From positions 13,173-77,172 of the IMG/VR virus record IMGVR_UViG_3300010376_000032: a stretch of 64,000 nt of DNA; one strand, 5' to 3'. The translations under genes and the position numbers were made by a program. Shown in pieces: positions 47,766 through 57,536 of the stretch (its first letter is position 1; the number at the start of each line of letters is the position of its first letter). Below the pieces are notes generated by a model. That model was given only the letters and a program-made list of their open reading frames with translations. It was not told the origin of the DNA and did no database searches. The DNA comes from a virus (lineage: Duplodnaviria > Caudoviricetes).

Positions 47766-49666
47766 GCAACCTGCCAGTCTCCCTGGGCACCGTGTCCGAT
47801 GTGATGACCGGCGACATCGTCGTCCCTCCCATCGACTACACCTCCCGCGACTACGCCTCACTGATCAACGATCTGCTGAACCTCATCCCGAGCTACCTTC
47901 CAGAATGGACCGACCGGTCCCCGGGCGATTTCGGGATCGTCCTCCTGGAGTTGTTCGCCTACGTGGGCGACATCCTCAACTACTACTCGGACCGCATCGC
48001 CAACGAGGCGTTTATCGGCACGGCCCAACAGCGGCAGTCGGTCCTCAACATCGCCAACCTGCTGGACTACACGCCGCACGGCAACGTGGCGGCGACCTGC
48101 ACCCTGCAGTTCAGCATCTCATCACCTGCCCCCGTACCGGTGCTGATCCCAGCCCAGACGCAGGTCGCGACTGCTCTCAGCGGCATCCAGCAGATCATCT
48201 TTCAGACTTCCCAGGATCTGTGGATCTTCGGAGACGGCATCAGCAATACCAAGACCGTCACCAGCAACGGCCAGGCCAATCAACAGATCGTGCTCAGCGA
48301 TCCCGGTGTCGGGTACCCGACTTACTACTTCACCGGGGGGAGCGGCAATCAGAGCGTCACTGTGGGCGGCACGGCCTGGACCCTGGCCCCCAACAACACC
48401 TTCGTAGGCCAGCCGAACACCGCCACCATGTACACCGTCGTCGGCGGTAACCCCAATGCCATACCCCCCGTACCACCCAACATCGTCAAGTTCGGGAACG
48501 GCACCAACGGCGCCATTCCAGCCAACGGCGCTTCCATCGTGGTCACCTACCAGCCCAAGGCGCCCAACACCTACGTCGATTTTGTCAGCGCCACGCACGG
48601 CTCCACCAACGCAGGCGAGGGCATCGGGATCTCGGACGGCACCCCTAACCAGCAGTTCACGCTCTTCAGCACCCCGGTGGTGGATGGCACCATCGTCGTC
48701 TACGTGGACGAAGGCGGGGGGCCGGTGAAATGGACCTACCACCAGCGCATCGTGGATGCCTTCTCTGCCGAAGCGGCCTACACCTACACCACCAACGCCA
48801 ACGGCGTCGTCACCATTGTCTTCGGTGACAACGTGGCCGGTCGCATCCCGGCCCCGGGCGCCTTCATCACCGCTGACTACATGGTGGGCGGCGGTGCTAT
48901 CGGCAATGTGGCGGCAGGCTCGCTAACCCAGTTGATGAGCGGGCCGGACGCCATCACCGGAGTTCTGAACACCACCGCAGCCACGGGTGGCGCCGATGTC
49001 GAGTCGACCGACCACATTCGCATCCATGCGCCTCTGTCGATCTCGGCCATCAACCGGGCGGTATCTCTAGACGACTACGCCGCCCTGGTGCTGAACATCC
49101 CCAGCATCGCCAAGGCGTCGGCCATGTCGACGCAGTACAACGCCGTCAATATCTACATCCATCCGGCGGGCAACTTCATGATGACCGGCCCCAACGACAC
49201 CACCGGCCAGGCCGCGCTGCAAAACCGTGTCAATGCCCTCCTGCCCTCGATCACCAACGTGGGCATGACCGGCTATATGGACGACAAGAAGATGGTGGGC
49301 ATGTCAATCGTCGTTCTGGCTCCGCAGTACAACAACGCCGGGGTGCTCTCCACCGGCTATGTCCCAGTGTGCGCCAGCGTGACCGTGCAGGTGTTGCCGC
49401 AGTACCACGCCTCCACTGTGCAGGCAGCCGTACAAGCCGCGATCTACAACCTCATGCTCTTCTCGGTGGTGGACTTCGGCAGTCGCATCAGCCTGTCGAG
49501 CCTGTACCACGCCATCATGGACCTGGAGGGCATCGACTACGTGAGCGCGGCCAGCATGTGGCGCAACGAAAGCCCGGGTTCCCCAGGAGACATCGTCTGC
49601 GCTCCCTACGAGATCCCCATGGCGTACTCCGTCAGCGTGACGACGACAGGAGGCATCGTCTACTAA
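47762..49666 (+). CDS. Baseplate wedge protein (T4 gp6/baseplate J-like)
   Basis: IDYTSRDYASL...PEWTD...DFGIVLLELFAY; FGDNVAGRIP; RAVSLDDY. Confidence 0.85.
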   Translation: MSNLPVSLGTVSDVMTGDIVVPPIDYTSRDYASLINDLLNLIPSYLPEWTDRSPGDFGIVLLELFAYVGDILNYYSDRIANEAFIGTAQQRQSVLNIANLLDYTPHGNVAATCTLQFSISSPAPVPVLIPAQTQVATALSGIQQIIFQTSQDLWIFGDGISNTKTVTSNGQANQQIVLSDPGVGYPTYYFTGGSGNQSVTVGGTAWTLAPNNTFVGQPNTATMYTVVGGNPNAIPPVPPNIVKFGNGTNGAIPANGASIVVTYQPKAPNTYVDFVSATHGSTNAGEGIGISDGTPNQQFTLFSTPVVDGTIVVYVDEGGGPVKWTYHQRIVDAFSAEAAYTYTTNANGVVTIVFGDNVAGRIPAPGAFITADYMVGGGAIGNVAAGSLTQLMSGPDAITGVLNTTAATGGADVESTDHIRIHAPLSISAINRAVSLDDYAALVLNIPSIAKASAMSTQYNAVNIYIHPAGNFMMTGPNDTTGQAALQNRVNALLPSITNVGMTGYMDDKKMVGMSIVVLAPQYNNAGVLSTGYVPVCASVTVQVLPQYHASTVQAAVQAAIYNLMLFSVVDFGSRISLSSLYHAIMDLEGIDYVSAASMWRNESPGSPGDIVCAPYEIPMAYSVSVTTTGGIVY

Positions 49667-50418
49667 TGCCTGCCGCTTACCCCAACGCCCTCAAGGTCTT
49701 CCAGGTATTCCACGATTACACGGACATCATCTGGGCGCAAAATATCACGGAGATTCAATGGGAGATCGTGGCTCTGGAATCGATGGTAGGGACGAATCCC
49801 TTCACCGGCACGCCCTATTCCACCGTAGGTGGGGCCATCCAGGATCTGTACAACAACAAGGCCCCGATCAACCACACCCATACCCACAAGAACCTGCTGG
49901 ACGACACCAAGGGCAACGATCACCCGCAGTACATGCAGATCACCGGTTACCCCGGCTTCTCCCATCCCGTCACCGGCAAGGCAGGCACCAACTCCAACGA
50001 CCTCGTGCCCCTGGGCCAGCTTCAGGGCATGGGCTACCAGAACTCGGCCCAGGTCCAGGCCGCGGTCAACGCCTCCCTGGGGAACCTGATGGCTGGAGGC
50101 TGGGGAGGAGCGCCGCTGGCGGGCCACGCCATCTCGCCCAACTGGCGCATCCAGGGAGGTCTGTACTCCGGTTGCACTGACGGCTCTGGGCGCATCACTG
50201 TGCCGTTCAACCCTGGCTATCCCCACTGCGTGCAAGGCTTCGCTTCTACGAAGCTGCCACCCCAGGGCGGTGGTCCCTGCCCGCCCTACAACTGGATCGA
50301 GGCCCAGCAGACGTTGGTGGGTGTGTCGGGTACGAGTGCCACGCTGCAGTTCTCTCACGATTACTCCTGGCAGCCCAACATGTGGGTTTCCTTCACCTGG
50401 ATCGTGATAGGGAACTAA
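49666..50418 (+). CDS. Baseplate/fibre protein, paralog C
   Basis: TAATG start; HTHTH...NDHPQYM motif. Confidence 0.6.
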   Translation: MPAAYPNALKVFQVFHDYTDIIWAQNITEIQWEIVALESMVGTNPFTGTPYSTVGGAIQDLYNNKAPINHTHTHKNLLDDTKGNDHPQYMQITGYPGFSHPVTGKAGTNSNDLVPLGQLQGMGYQNSAQVQAAVNASLGNLMAGGWGGAPLAGHAISPNWRIQGGLYSGCTDGSGRITVPFNPGYPHCVQGFASTKLPPQGGGPCPPYNWIEAQQTLVGVSGTSATLQFSHDYSWQPNMWVSFTWIVIGN

Positions 50419-51287
50419 TGCCCACTCCACCGCCGGTACCCGCCGCTCAGCGCTACCCCGTGGCCATTCGGGACTTCGTCACCTACCTGAACCAGCCTTG
50501 GAACACCAGCAAGAACCTGGTCACTACCAACCCCAATCCGCCTCCGGCCACCATCACCACCGATCTCACTCTCTTCCTGGCGGCGGTCAACAGAGATCTG
50601 CAGACCGAGATCCTCAGTCTGGAGAAGACCATCGGGATTCGGCCCTTCACAGTGCCGAGAAATCCCACGCTGGGGAAGTCGATCCAATGGCTGTACAGCC
50701 AAATCTCTCCCGGGTCCATCGACGCTCGTGGCGCTATTAACCCGCTGCCCACGCCCTCGCACACCCACCCCCACAAGCAGTCCGCGGCCCTGGATGCCGA
50801 TGATCACCCGCAGTACATGCGAGTCGACGGCACCCGCGGCTTCACCAAACCAGTGACGGCCCCGCCTGGCTCACATGTCAATAACCTGATCACCCTGTCC
50901 CAGGCCCAAGGGGCGGGCCTGACAGCGGCGCAGGTCCAATCCATCATCAACTCCACCCTGGCCAACACTTCCGACTACCCCATTACCGGCCCGACCGCTG
51001 GTCGCTGGACCATGGCAGGCGGCTATTACTACGGTCCCAGTGACCGCTACGGCAACATCTGGATCGACTTCAACGCCTGCAATTTTCACCAGGTGCTGTC
51101 CTTCGTCTATATGAAGATGCCGTTCCCGGGCGGCAGCATGCTGGGCTGGCCCGCTTATCAGTACATGGAGGATCAACTCATCCTCCTCACCCTTGATAAT
51201 CGGGGAGCCACCATCCAGTTCATTGAGGACATCGTGGTAGACCGCTCAGCCACCGTGGCCATGACTTGGATCGCCTTGGGGCGCTGA
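50418..51287 (+). CDS. Baseplate/fibre protein, paralog D
   Basis: TAATG start; HTHPH...DDHPQYM motif. Confidence 0.6.
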   Translation: MPTPPPVPAAQRYPVAIRDFVTYLNQPWNTSKNLVTTNPNPPPATITTDLTLFLAAVNRDLQTEILSLEKTIGIRPFTVPRNPTLGKSIQWLYSQISPGSIDARGAINPLPTPSHTHPHKQSAALDADDHPQYMRVDGTRGFTKPVTAPPGSHVNNLITLSQAQGAGLTAAQVQSIINSTLANTSDYPITGPTAGRWTMAGGYYYGPSDRYGNIWIDFNACNFHQVLSFVYMKMPFPGGSMLGWPAYQYMEDQLILLTLDNRGATIQFIEDIVVDRSATVAMTWIALGR

Positions 51288-54200
51288 TGGGCGTCTACGG
51301 CATCGACTTCTATGGAGTAGGTCGCTTCGGCCCTGACCCTCAGGTCATCCGTCCGGACTTCTCGGTGGCGCCATTCAAGTCCACACCGCTGGACTACTCC
51401 ACTTTGCACCTGACCTGGCATAAACCTGTCTCGACCGACTGCACCTCGCTGCGCCTGGTTCGCAATGCCCACAACTTGCCCCAGGACGGTGGCCAGCCAC
51501 CTGGCACCACCAATGACAGTGACGATCCTTCGTTGACCGGTGGCGTCGGCCCCCAGGCAGACGGGTTCACGCTCTTCACCGATAGCGTCGACCGTCCTCA
51601 GAGCTTCACTGATCCTGGGCTGGGATCAGGGTTCTTCTACTACACCATGTGGGGCTGGTCCAACACCAACTCGATCTGGGTGCGCTGCTCCGACCTCATC
51701 GGACTGGTGCCCATCAACTGGGGGTACGGGTGGCGGCTCTACGGCCTGCTGCCGATGGCCTACCGCGACGCCGACATCGTGCTAGTCGATCCGTACAACC
51801 CCTGGCCGGTCGACAGCCCGACCCCTCCGCTGCAGCGCTACCTGCAACTCATCGGCTTCCAGTTCGACTTCATCCGCACCGAGCTTGAGTCGCTCATGAG
51901 CATCAACGATCCCCAGAACTGCTCCGGAGCGCTGCTGCCCTTGCTGGCTCAGCAGTTCGCCCTGGTGCATGAGCCGGAGATCGGCATGCAGCAGGAGCGG
52001 CAACTCATTCAGAACGCCGTCCACCTATACAAGTTGAAAGGCAGCCCCCGAGGTCTGACCGAGTTCGCCTCGATCATGACCAGCTACCCAAGCACCTCCC
52101 TGGTCCACCATGGCTACAACGTCATGCTCACCCAGGACGACTCGGTGTTTGCCGATAGCGTGGGCACCTGGCAGCCCTGGCCTCCCGCCCCGTCTGTCGT
52201 ACCGGTACCCACCAATCCGCCTGTACAGGTGAAAACCTTCCCGACCATTACCGGTAGCAACCTGGGCCTGACCATGGCCTACAACCCCAACATGTTGAGC
52301 GGTCCGACATCGATCCCCAACATGACCAATCCGCTGTCGCTCTACCCCAACTTCAATCCTGGCCCGCCGGTTTACAACTACAGCGGGATGGCGATGCAAG
52401 CCGCCGGGACGAACGTCATACCGGCACCCAACTCCTCTTTTGAGGACGGGACCGTGGGCGCCTGGGCTGCTGGGGCCAACACCACCCGGGCCAACTATGC
52501 GGGCCTGGGATCAGTGGGGACACACTCGTTGGGCATCACGTCCACCCACCCGAACAACAACGCCACTGTTACCTACTCGCTGTCAGTGACACCGTCGCCC
52601 GCCCAGGGCACCACCTATCTCGTCACTGCCGACTTTCAGAGTCTGGGCAACAACCGGAACGTCTATCTGACCGCGCAGTTCTTCAACGCCAGCGGGACTT
52701 CTCTGGGGCCTCCCAATAGTGGCCCCCAGCAAACCGAGACAACAGGCGACTGGGTGACCGCCATCGTGGTCGGTACCGTGCCCGCCGCCAACGCCACCAG
52801 CGCCACCATCACCGCCACCATCCTGAACTGTGCCAACAATGAAGAGCACCTCATGGACAACGTGTGGGCCGGTCGCGGTGGTCAAGACATCTACATCACC
52901 ACCGGCCCCATCCCCATCACTGAGTTCATGTCCTCCGGTTACGGTCCCGGCAACATCGCCTTTCGGATCCAGATGTGGTCACCTGTGGCTCGTCAGGTCA
53001 ATCTCTCGTTGTGGGGCGACCCCGGTACTGGCACGCCCGTGCAGATTATGGGCGAGACTTCGTTCAACGAGACGGCCAACACCTGGGTCATGATGACGAT
53101 CAGCCCGCCCAAGGGGACCATCAACCCGTACCCGAGTACCGCGCCACCAGGCGTGTATCCGCCTTACGGTCCGGCCTCGTACTACTGGATCTACCCCCGG
53201 GTCCACATCGTCGGTGTCGGAACCGAGTCGCACTACATGACGCTGTGCGGGGTGTGGAACTGCACCCCGGCGCAGATCGGGGTGGAGACACCCGTCTACG
53301 ACTATCCCCGCGACGTGAAGATCGTCATGTCCCCGCAGCAGTCCAATCTGCTGTCCAACACCCTCACCACCTTTACCCGTGTCAATCCGAATCCGCCGCC
53401 CGCGCAACTCGGTATCGGCTTCGACGGCCTCAGCGCCTCCTCCGATCCGACCGTCCTCCCCGGCACACTCACCGGCACCATGGTCGTTCGTTACCAGACG
53501 GTCGAGGATGTCTTGGGCACCATCGCCCTCAACGGCACCGCCGCCCTGGAGATGGACACCAACGGACCCGGCGCCACAGTGTGGTTCGGCAAGGTGGTCA
53601 CCTTCTCGACCCCACCGGCCAGCCCCAACGGCTGGTTCGCCAGCCCTCGCACCAGTGGACCTACCGTGGCTACCTTGTCCGCCACCCTATCGACGGCTGG
53701 CCCGATCACCTCGTTACCGGTCACTGCGCTGCCAAATAGTATTTCGGCGGGACCGCTGACGATCGCTTCTGGCTCCAATCTCCAGACCTGGAAGACCACA
53801 GGGGCCGCAGCAAATGCCACATCCATCCCGGTCACTTCTCAAACTCCGAATTTCGCCTACCCGTCAACCACGCCAGTCCAGGCGCCGACACCGGTCTATA
53901 CGGATGGGAACACCAACGACTGGTTCTTCGGCGCCGTCATGGGATCAGCCACATCGCGGCCCTGGGTGGATCCTGAACCCGGCATTCCTCCAACCAACTC
54001 CTGGTTCTTCATCAACGGGAATTATTTCGGTCTGGGTACCGGCATCGTCCAGGGCGTGTGGTTCGCCGTGCCGCCCCAGCCTCCTCAGACCAGTAACCCG
54101 CAAGCCTTGCAGCCCTTCAACGTGCAAGCGGGTCAGCCTTTCAACTTCAGTGTTTTTGCCCGGTACCAGTCGGTGATGGACCCCTCCAACGCTCAGATGA

Positions 54201-54670
54201 TCCTGGGGTTCCGCTGGTATTACTCGGACGGCACCTACGTTGAAACGTCCACCACCACCGCCATCACCGATACGTACCAGCGCTACGCCGTGGCCCCCGG
54301 TGCCAGCACGGCCTACCTGGGCGAGCCACCCGCACAAATCAACCCGCCCACCGGTAACCTGCCCATCCAGGTTTTTCCGTTCGTGCGATTCCCGGCGGCG
54401 CAGACGGCCAGCTTCCTGCTCAACTCGGCCATGCTGTCACCGACCGTGCTGCAGCCGCAGAAATATATGGACGCCACGTCGTACTCGTCAGCCACAGGGG
54501 ATTTTATTCAAGACCCCAGCGGAGCCAGCTATCTGTACAAGCAGCGCACCCCACGCATCGCCCGGTTGAACATGGAACTGTATCGTTGGCTACCCATGGG
54601 TAGTACCTACACGATCAACTACATGTCCGGCGCGGTCATGCCCCCGCTGGATCCCACCCTGTGGCCCTAG
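51287..54670 (+). CDS. Large baseplate protein with tail-protein-I-like domain and CBM-like domain
   Basis: LQRYLQLIG...LLPLLAQQF...YKLKGS; PNSSFEDGTVGAW. Confidence 0.7.
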   Translation: MGVYGIDFYGVGRFGPDPQVIRPDFSVAPFKSTPLDYSTLHLTWHKPVSTDCTSLRLVRNAHNLPQDGGQPPGTTNDSDDPSLTGGVGPQADGFTLFTDSVDRPQSFTDPGLGSGFFYYTMWGWSNTNSIWVRCSDLIGLVPINWGYGWRLYGLLPMAYRDADIVLVDPYNPWPVDSPTPPLQRYLQLIGFQFDFIRTELESLMSINDPQNCSGALLPLLAQQFALVHEPEIGMQQERQLIQNAVHLYKLKGSPRGLTEFASIMTSYPSTSLVHHGYNVMLTQDDSVFADSVGTWQPWPPAPSVVPVPTNPPVQVKTFPTITGSNLGLTMAYNPNMLSGPTSIPNMTNPLSLYPNFNPGPPVYNYSGMAMQAAGTNVIPAPNSSFEDGTVGAWAAGANTTRANYAGLGSVGTHSLGITSTHPNNNATVTYSLSVTPSPAQGTTYLVTADFQSLGNNRNVYLTAQFFNASGTSLGPPNSGPQQTETTGDWVTAIVVGTVPAANATSATITATILNCANNEEHLMDNVWAGRGGQDIYITTGPIPITEFMSSGYGPGNIAFRIQMWSPVARQVNLSLWGDPGTGTPVQIMGETSFNETANTWVMMTISPPKGTINPYPSTAPPGVYPPYGPASYYWIYPRVHIVGVGTESHYMTLCGVWNCTPAQIGVETPVYDYPRDVKIVMSPQQSNLLSNTLTTFTRVNPNPPPAQLGIGFDGLSASSDPTVLPGTLTGTMVVRYQTVEDVLGTIALNGTAALEMDTNGPGATVWFGKVVTFSTPPASPNGWFASPRTSGPTVATLSATLSTAGPITSLPVTALPNSISAGPLTIASGSNLQTWKTTGAAANATSIPVTSQTPNFAYPSTTPVQAPTPVYTDGNTNDWFFGAVMGSATSRPWVDPEPGIPPTNSWFFINGNYFGLGTGIVQGVWFAVPPQPPQTSNPQALQPFNVQAGQPFNFSVFARYQSVMDPSNAQMILGFRWYYSDGTYVETSTTTAITDTYQRYAVAPGASTAYLGEPPAQINPPTGNLPIQVFPFVRFPAAQTASFLLNSAMLSPTVLQPQKYMDATSYSSATGDFIQDPSGASYLYKQRTPRIARLNMELYRWLPMGSTYTINYMSGAVMPPLDPTLWP

Positions 54671-54979
54671 ATGCCAGCCGACATCGGGTACGTCTTCCTC
54701 ATCGGCTTCGGCTCCGTACGACTCACCGAGTTGTACAAGGAGATCACGCTGCGTATCGGGCTGCACCAGCCCGCCTGGTGGAAGAGCTTCATCAACATCC
54801 TCATCTGCGCCACCCTGGTCCTCCTGGTGCAACACCGAGTCGCCAGCACCAGGATCCTCATAGCTCTGGCAGCGTCCGGTGTGGCTATGCTGCTGCATGC
54901 CGGTGACACGGTGCTACGTCACTACCGTGACGAGATCGTGAGTGAGGTACTGGCTAAGCGTCAGTCCAGGCGCCGATGA
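54671..54979 (+). CDS. Membrane protein (holin-like)
   Basis: 2-3 hydrophobic segments with a basic tail. Confidence 0.5.
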   Translation: MPADIGYVFLIGFGSVRLTELYKEITLRIGLHQPAWWKSFINILICATLVLLVQHRVASTRILIALAASGVAMLLHAGDTVLRHYRDEIVSEVLAKRQSRRR

Positions 54980-54982
54980 TGC

Positions 54983-55011
54983 TGGACTTGTAGTACCCCA
55001 TCAGGTATGGT
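54983..55011 (+). promoter_or_regulatory. Putative sigma70-type promoter
   Basis: TGGACT, 17 bp, TATGGT. Confidence 0.5.
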
Positions 55012-55049
55012 GCTGGATGTCTCCTAGTCCAGCCGGAGAAAGCGGTACC

Positions 55050-55081
55050 GAGGCCCTCCCTTCCAGTCAGGGGAGGGCCTC
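55050..55081 (+). other. 11-bp stem-loop in the 5' leader
   Basis: GAGGCCCTCCC-N10-GGGAGGGCCTC. Confidence 0.7.
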
Positions 55082-55190
55082 AAACATTCTCCGTTGAAGA
55101 TTGCTCAGGGACCGACTCGGGCCACATACGACCGGCAATAGTGGCTCCATCCCCGTCAACAGCGACAACAGGGGAGAAGGAGCGAACCTC

Positions 55191-56201
55191 ATGCCACGAG
55201 GGTCCAAATCAGCAGAAGGGATCACCATCGGATTCCTGGGGACCGGAGTCAAGGCGGTCGACCCGGCCACCGACCTGATCGAGGAGTACATCAACCAGGC
55301 CGTCAAGCCCGACGAACCGGCCCGGTTCGTCTTCCCACTCACCACCGACGAGTTCTCCGACTCCATGGCCGATCTGGCCCGCATGGCGCGGAAGTCCTCG
55401 ATTACCTACGAGGTCATCAGCCACCAGGGTGACCGCAACCGGCGCCTCTTCACCGAGGTGGCCCAGGGCGCGGCCAAGCAGTACTACGTCACCGACGTGT
55501 GGACCCAGATGGAGGCGATCTTGGCCGACGCCCCCAAGGCGGCACTGTTCGTGCTGCCCGACGAGCAGCGTCAGCAGGAGATCGACAACGTCTGCGCCAA
55601 GTTCCTCGACGCCGACATCCCGGTGCTGAACCTGCTCGACAACCTCATCGCCCTGGAGTTGGACGAGGACGACACGGTGGCAGTAGCGGAGCCGGTCGAG
55701 GAGGTCATGAGCGACGGCGCCCAGGGCGTCGAGGATGAGGACGAAGAGCCGCAGGCAGAGGGGGAGCCTGAGGAGGACGCGGGTGAGCCGCCCCTGATTG
55801 AGAGCGGTCCGGACGACTACACCCGCGTCGAATTGGAGAAGATGAGCCACGCCGAGGTGAAGGACATCGCCGTAGGTATGGGCCTGGCTCCGCGCAAGGC
55901 CCGAGAGAACATGATTCTGGCCATCCTGGAAGCTCAGGGGACGCCTGACAGCGCCCCAGTGGCCTCTGTGCGGTCGCAGGGGGCGCCAGAGACTGCAGTG
56001 GCCTCTGTGGAGCTTCTGGAAGGCTTCGGGAAGGCCCTGGACGACTTCGGCAACCGCTTCTTCACCGGCCTCGATGAGTGGCTCACCAAGTTCAGCCTGG
56101 CGGCTGAGGGCTTCGCCTTCAACACCACCCCCGAACAGCCAATGCCGGTCGAGCAGGATGAGGAGGAGCAGCCACGCCGCCGCCTGATCCGCTCGCGGTG
56201 A
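55191..56201 (+). CDS. Alpha/beta-domain protein with acidic linker and Rho-N/HeH-like helical module
   Basis: AAGGAG RBS; ITIGFLGTG...; ELEKMSHAEVKDIAVGMGL...ENMILAILEAQ. Confidence 0.6.
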   Translation: MPRGSKSAEGITIGFLGTGVKAVDPATDLIEEYINQAVKPDEPARFVFPLTTDEFSDSMADLARMARKSSITYEVISHQGDRNRRLFTEVAQGAAKQYYVTDVWTQMEAILADAPKAALFVLPDEQRQQEIDNVCAKFLDADIPVLNLLDNLIALELDEDDTVAVAEPVEEVMSDGAQGVEDEDEEPQAEGEPEEDAGEPPLIESGPDDYTRVELEKMSHAEVKDIAVGMGLAPRKARENMILAILEAQGTPDSAPVASVRSQGAPETAVASVELLEGFGKALDDFGNRFFTGLDEWLTKFSLAAEGFAFNTTPEQPMPVEQDEEEQPRRRLIRSR

Positions 56202-56413
56202 TGGCCGACGAGGAAACGCCGGACGCCGATGAACCAGAGCCACTGCTCTACGACGCCGACGCCGCCGCCCGCATCCTGGGCGGCATCAGCAAGGCCATGG
56301 TGTACCGCTACGTGCAGTACAAGCAGTTGCACCCGGTGAAGCTGGGCACCCGCACGCTGTTCACCATGGCCGAGCTACAGCGATTCGTCAGGGAGCGCCA
56401 ACAGGCCGGATGA
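56198..56413 (+). CDS. HTH_17/excisionase-like DNA-binding protein
   Basis: LLYDADAAARILGGISKAMVYRYV...PVKLGTRTLF. Confidence 0.8.
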   Translation: MMADEETPDADEPEPLLYDADAAARILGGISKAMVYRYVQYKQLHPVKLGTRTLFTMAELQRFVRERQQAG

Positions 56414-56858
56414 AGTCGCTCTGCAGGTTCAGCCACTGCTCGTGGGTTGGGCTGTCCTGCACGATGGCCCAGCCGTCGCTGGTGATGGCGTTGATCCGCC
56501 CTGACCCAATCTGACTCTGGCTGTGCGGGCCACTGGGGGCGGTGCGGTACTCTACGTATCCCCCCACCTGGAGGACGGGCGACTCCCCCGGCCCGTCCTC
56601 CAGGACTTCCTCTTCTTCATCATTCCCGTCGATGGCGCCCCACACCGCGGGCGGGGTGGGGGAGTGGGTGGCGATCAGGGACAGACCGTGGGACTCCAGC
56701 CAGCGGCGCAGGCCAACCGGCGGATCGAGGTGGTCGAGCAGATCGTCACCCGCCAGGGACAGCGCCGCCAGCATCTGGTCCGCGACCTCCTCAACGCGGT
56801 CGCCCTGGTATTCCTCCAGGACGATGCAAATGGTGTCGAAAGTGACCTCACGGCTCAC
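56388..56858 (-). CDS. Acidic hypothetical protein
   Basis: 156 aa, abuts the upstream stop. Confidence 0.5.
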   Translation of the reverse strand: MSREVTFDTICIVLEEYQGDRVEEVADQMLAALSLAGDDLLDHLDPPVGLRRWLESHGLSLIATHSPTPPAVWGAIDGNDEEEEVLEDGPGESPVLQVGGYVEYRTAPSGPHSQSQIGSGRINAITSDGWAIVQDSPTHEQWLNLQSDFIRPVGAP

Positions 56859-57536
56859 TCACACAAGCGTAGGTAGCGAGCCGCGACGGACGTTCGCCGT
56901 CTGGAGGAAATGGTCCTCGTCATGGCGGATCTCGATCATCTGCATCAGCCAGGCATCGCCCTCCGGCAGCATCTCGTAGAAGCCGTCCCGGCCAGGCGCC
57001 CCACGGGGGTGACAGCAGAGGCGGGCCTGGAGGCTGCCGTCCGGCTTGAGCAGGTCGACGTTTCCACTTTGACCTTCCGCTCTGATGCAATAGCGACGGC
57101 CCCGGCTGCCGGTCACGAAGAAGCGACCGTGGTGTTCCAGTTCGGCCTTCTGCTCGTCATCAAGGAACTCACCCAGGAGCGAACGGGCACGAGCGCGAGC
57201 CGCGCTGCGGCGCTCCATCCGCTCGCGGTTCTGGCGCTCGTAGACCTCCCGGGCGGCACGAAGCTCGTCTGGAGTCTGGACCGTCTGACCGTAGGTGGTG
57301 ATCGTGCCCTGACCCATCTGGATCCACTGGCCCCACACCTCGTTGGAGTAGGTGGGCGTGTAGATCGTGGTGTTGGCGCTGGTGGTGATGGTGGTGGCGG
57401 TGTTCCAGTTCGACCAGGACAGGTCCGTGGTGGTGTAGCTGCAGTTCTGGGTCCAGGGGTAGTTGGTGGTGACGTAGTTCGTGGTGGTGGCCGTGGTGGT
57501 GTAGTACTGCTGCGGCCAGTAGGTCTGGGCGGGCAT
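56859..57536 (-). CDS. Partner protein: Thr/Trp-rich N-terminus + conserved-looking Cys-His domain
   Basis: TGATG coupling; ARARSLL..FL..EQ...GSRGRRY...GNV...LCCHP...DAWLMQ...DEDHFLQTAN. Confidence 0.65.
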   Translation of the reverse strand: MPAQTYWPQQYYTTTATTTNYVTTNYPWTQNCSYTTTDLSWSNWNTATTITTSANTTIYTPTYSNEVWGQWIQMGQGTITTYGQTVQTPDELRAAREVYERQNRERMERRSAARARARSLLGEFLDDEQKAELEHHGRFFVTGSRGRRYCIRAEGQSGNVDLLKPDGSLQARLCCHPRGAPGRDGFYEMLPEGDAWLMQMIEIRHDEDHFLQTANVRRGSLPTLV

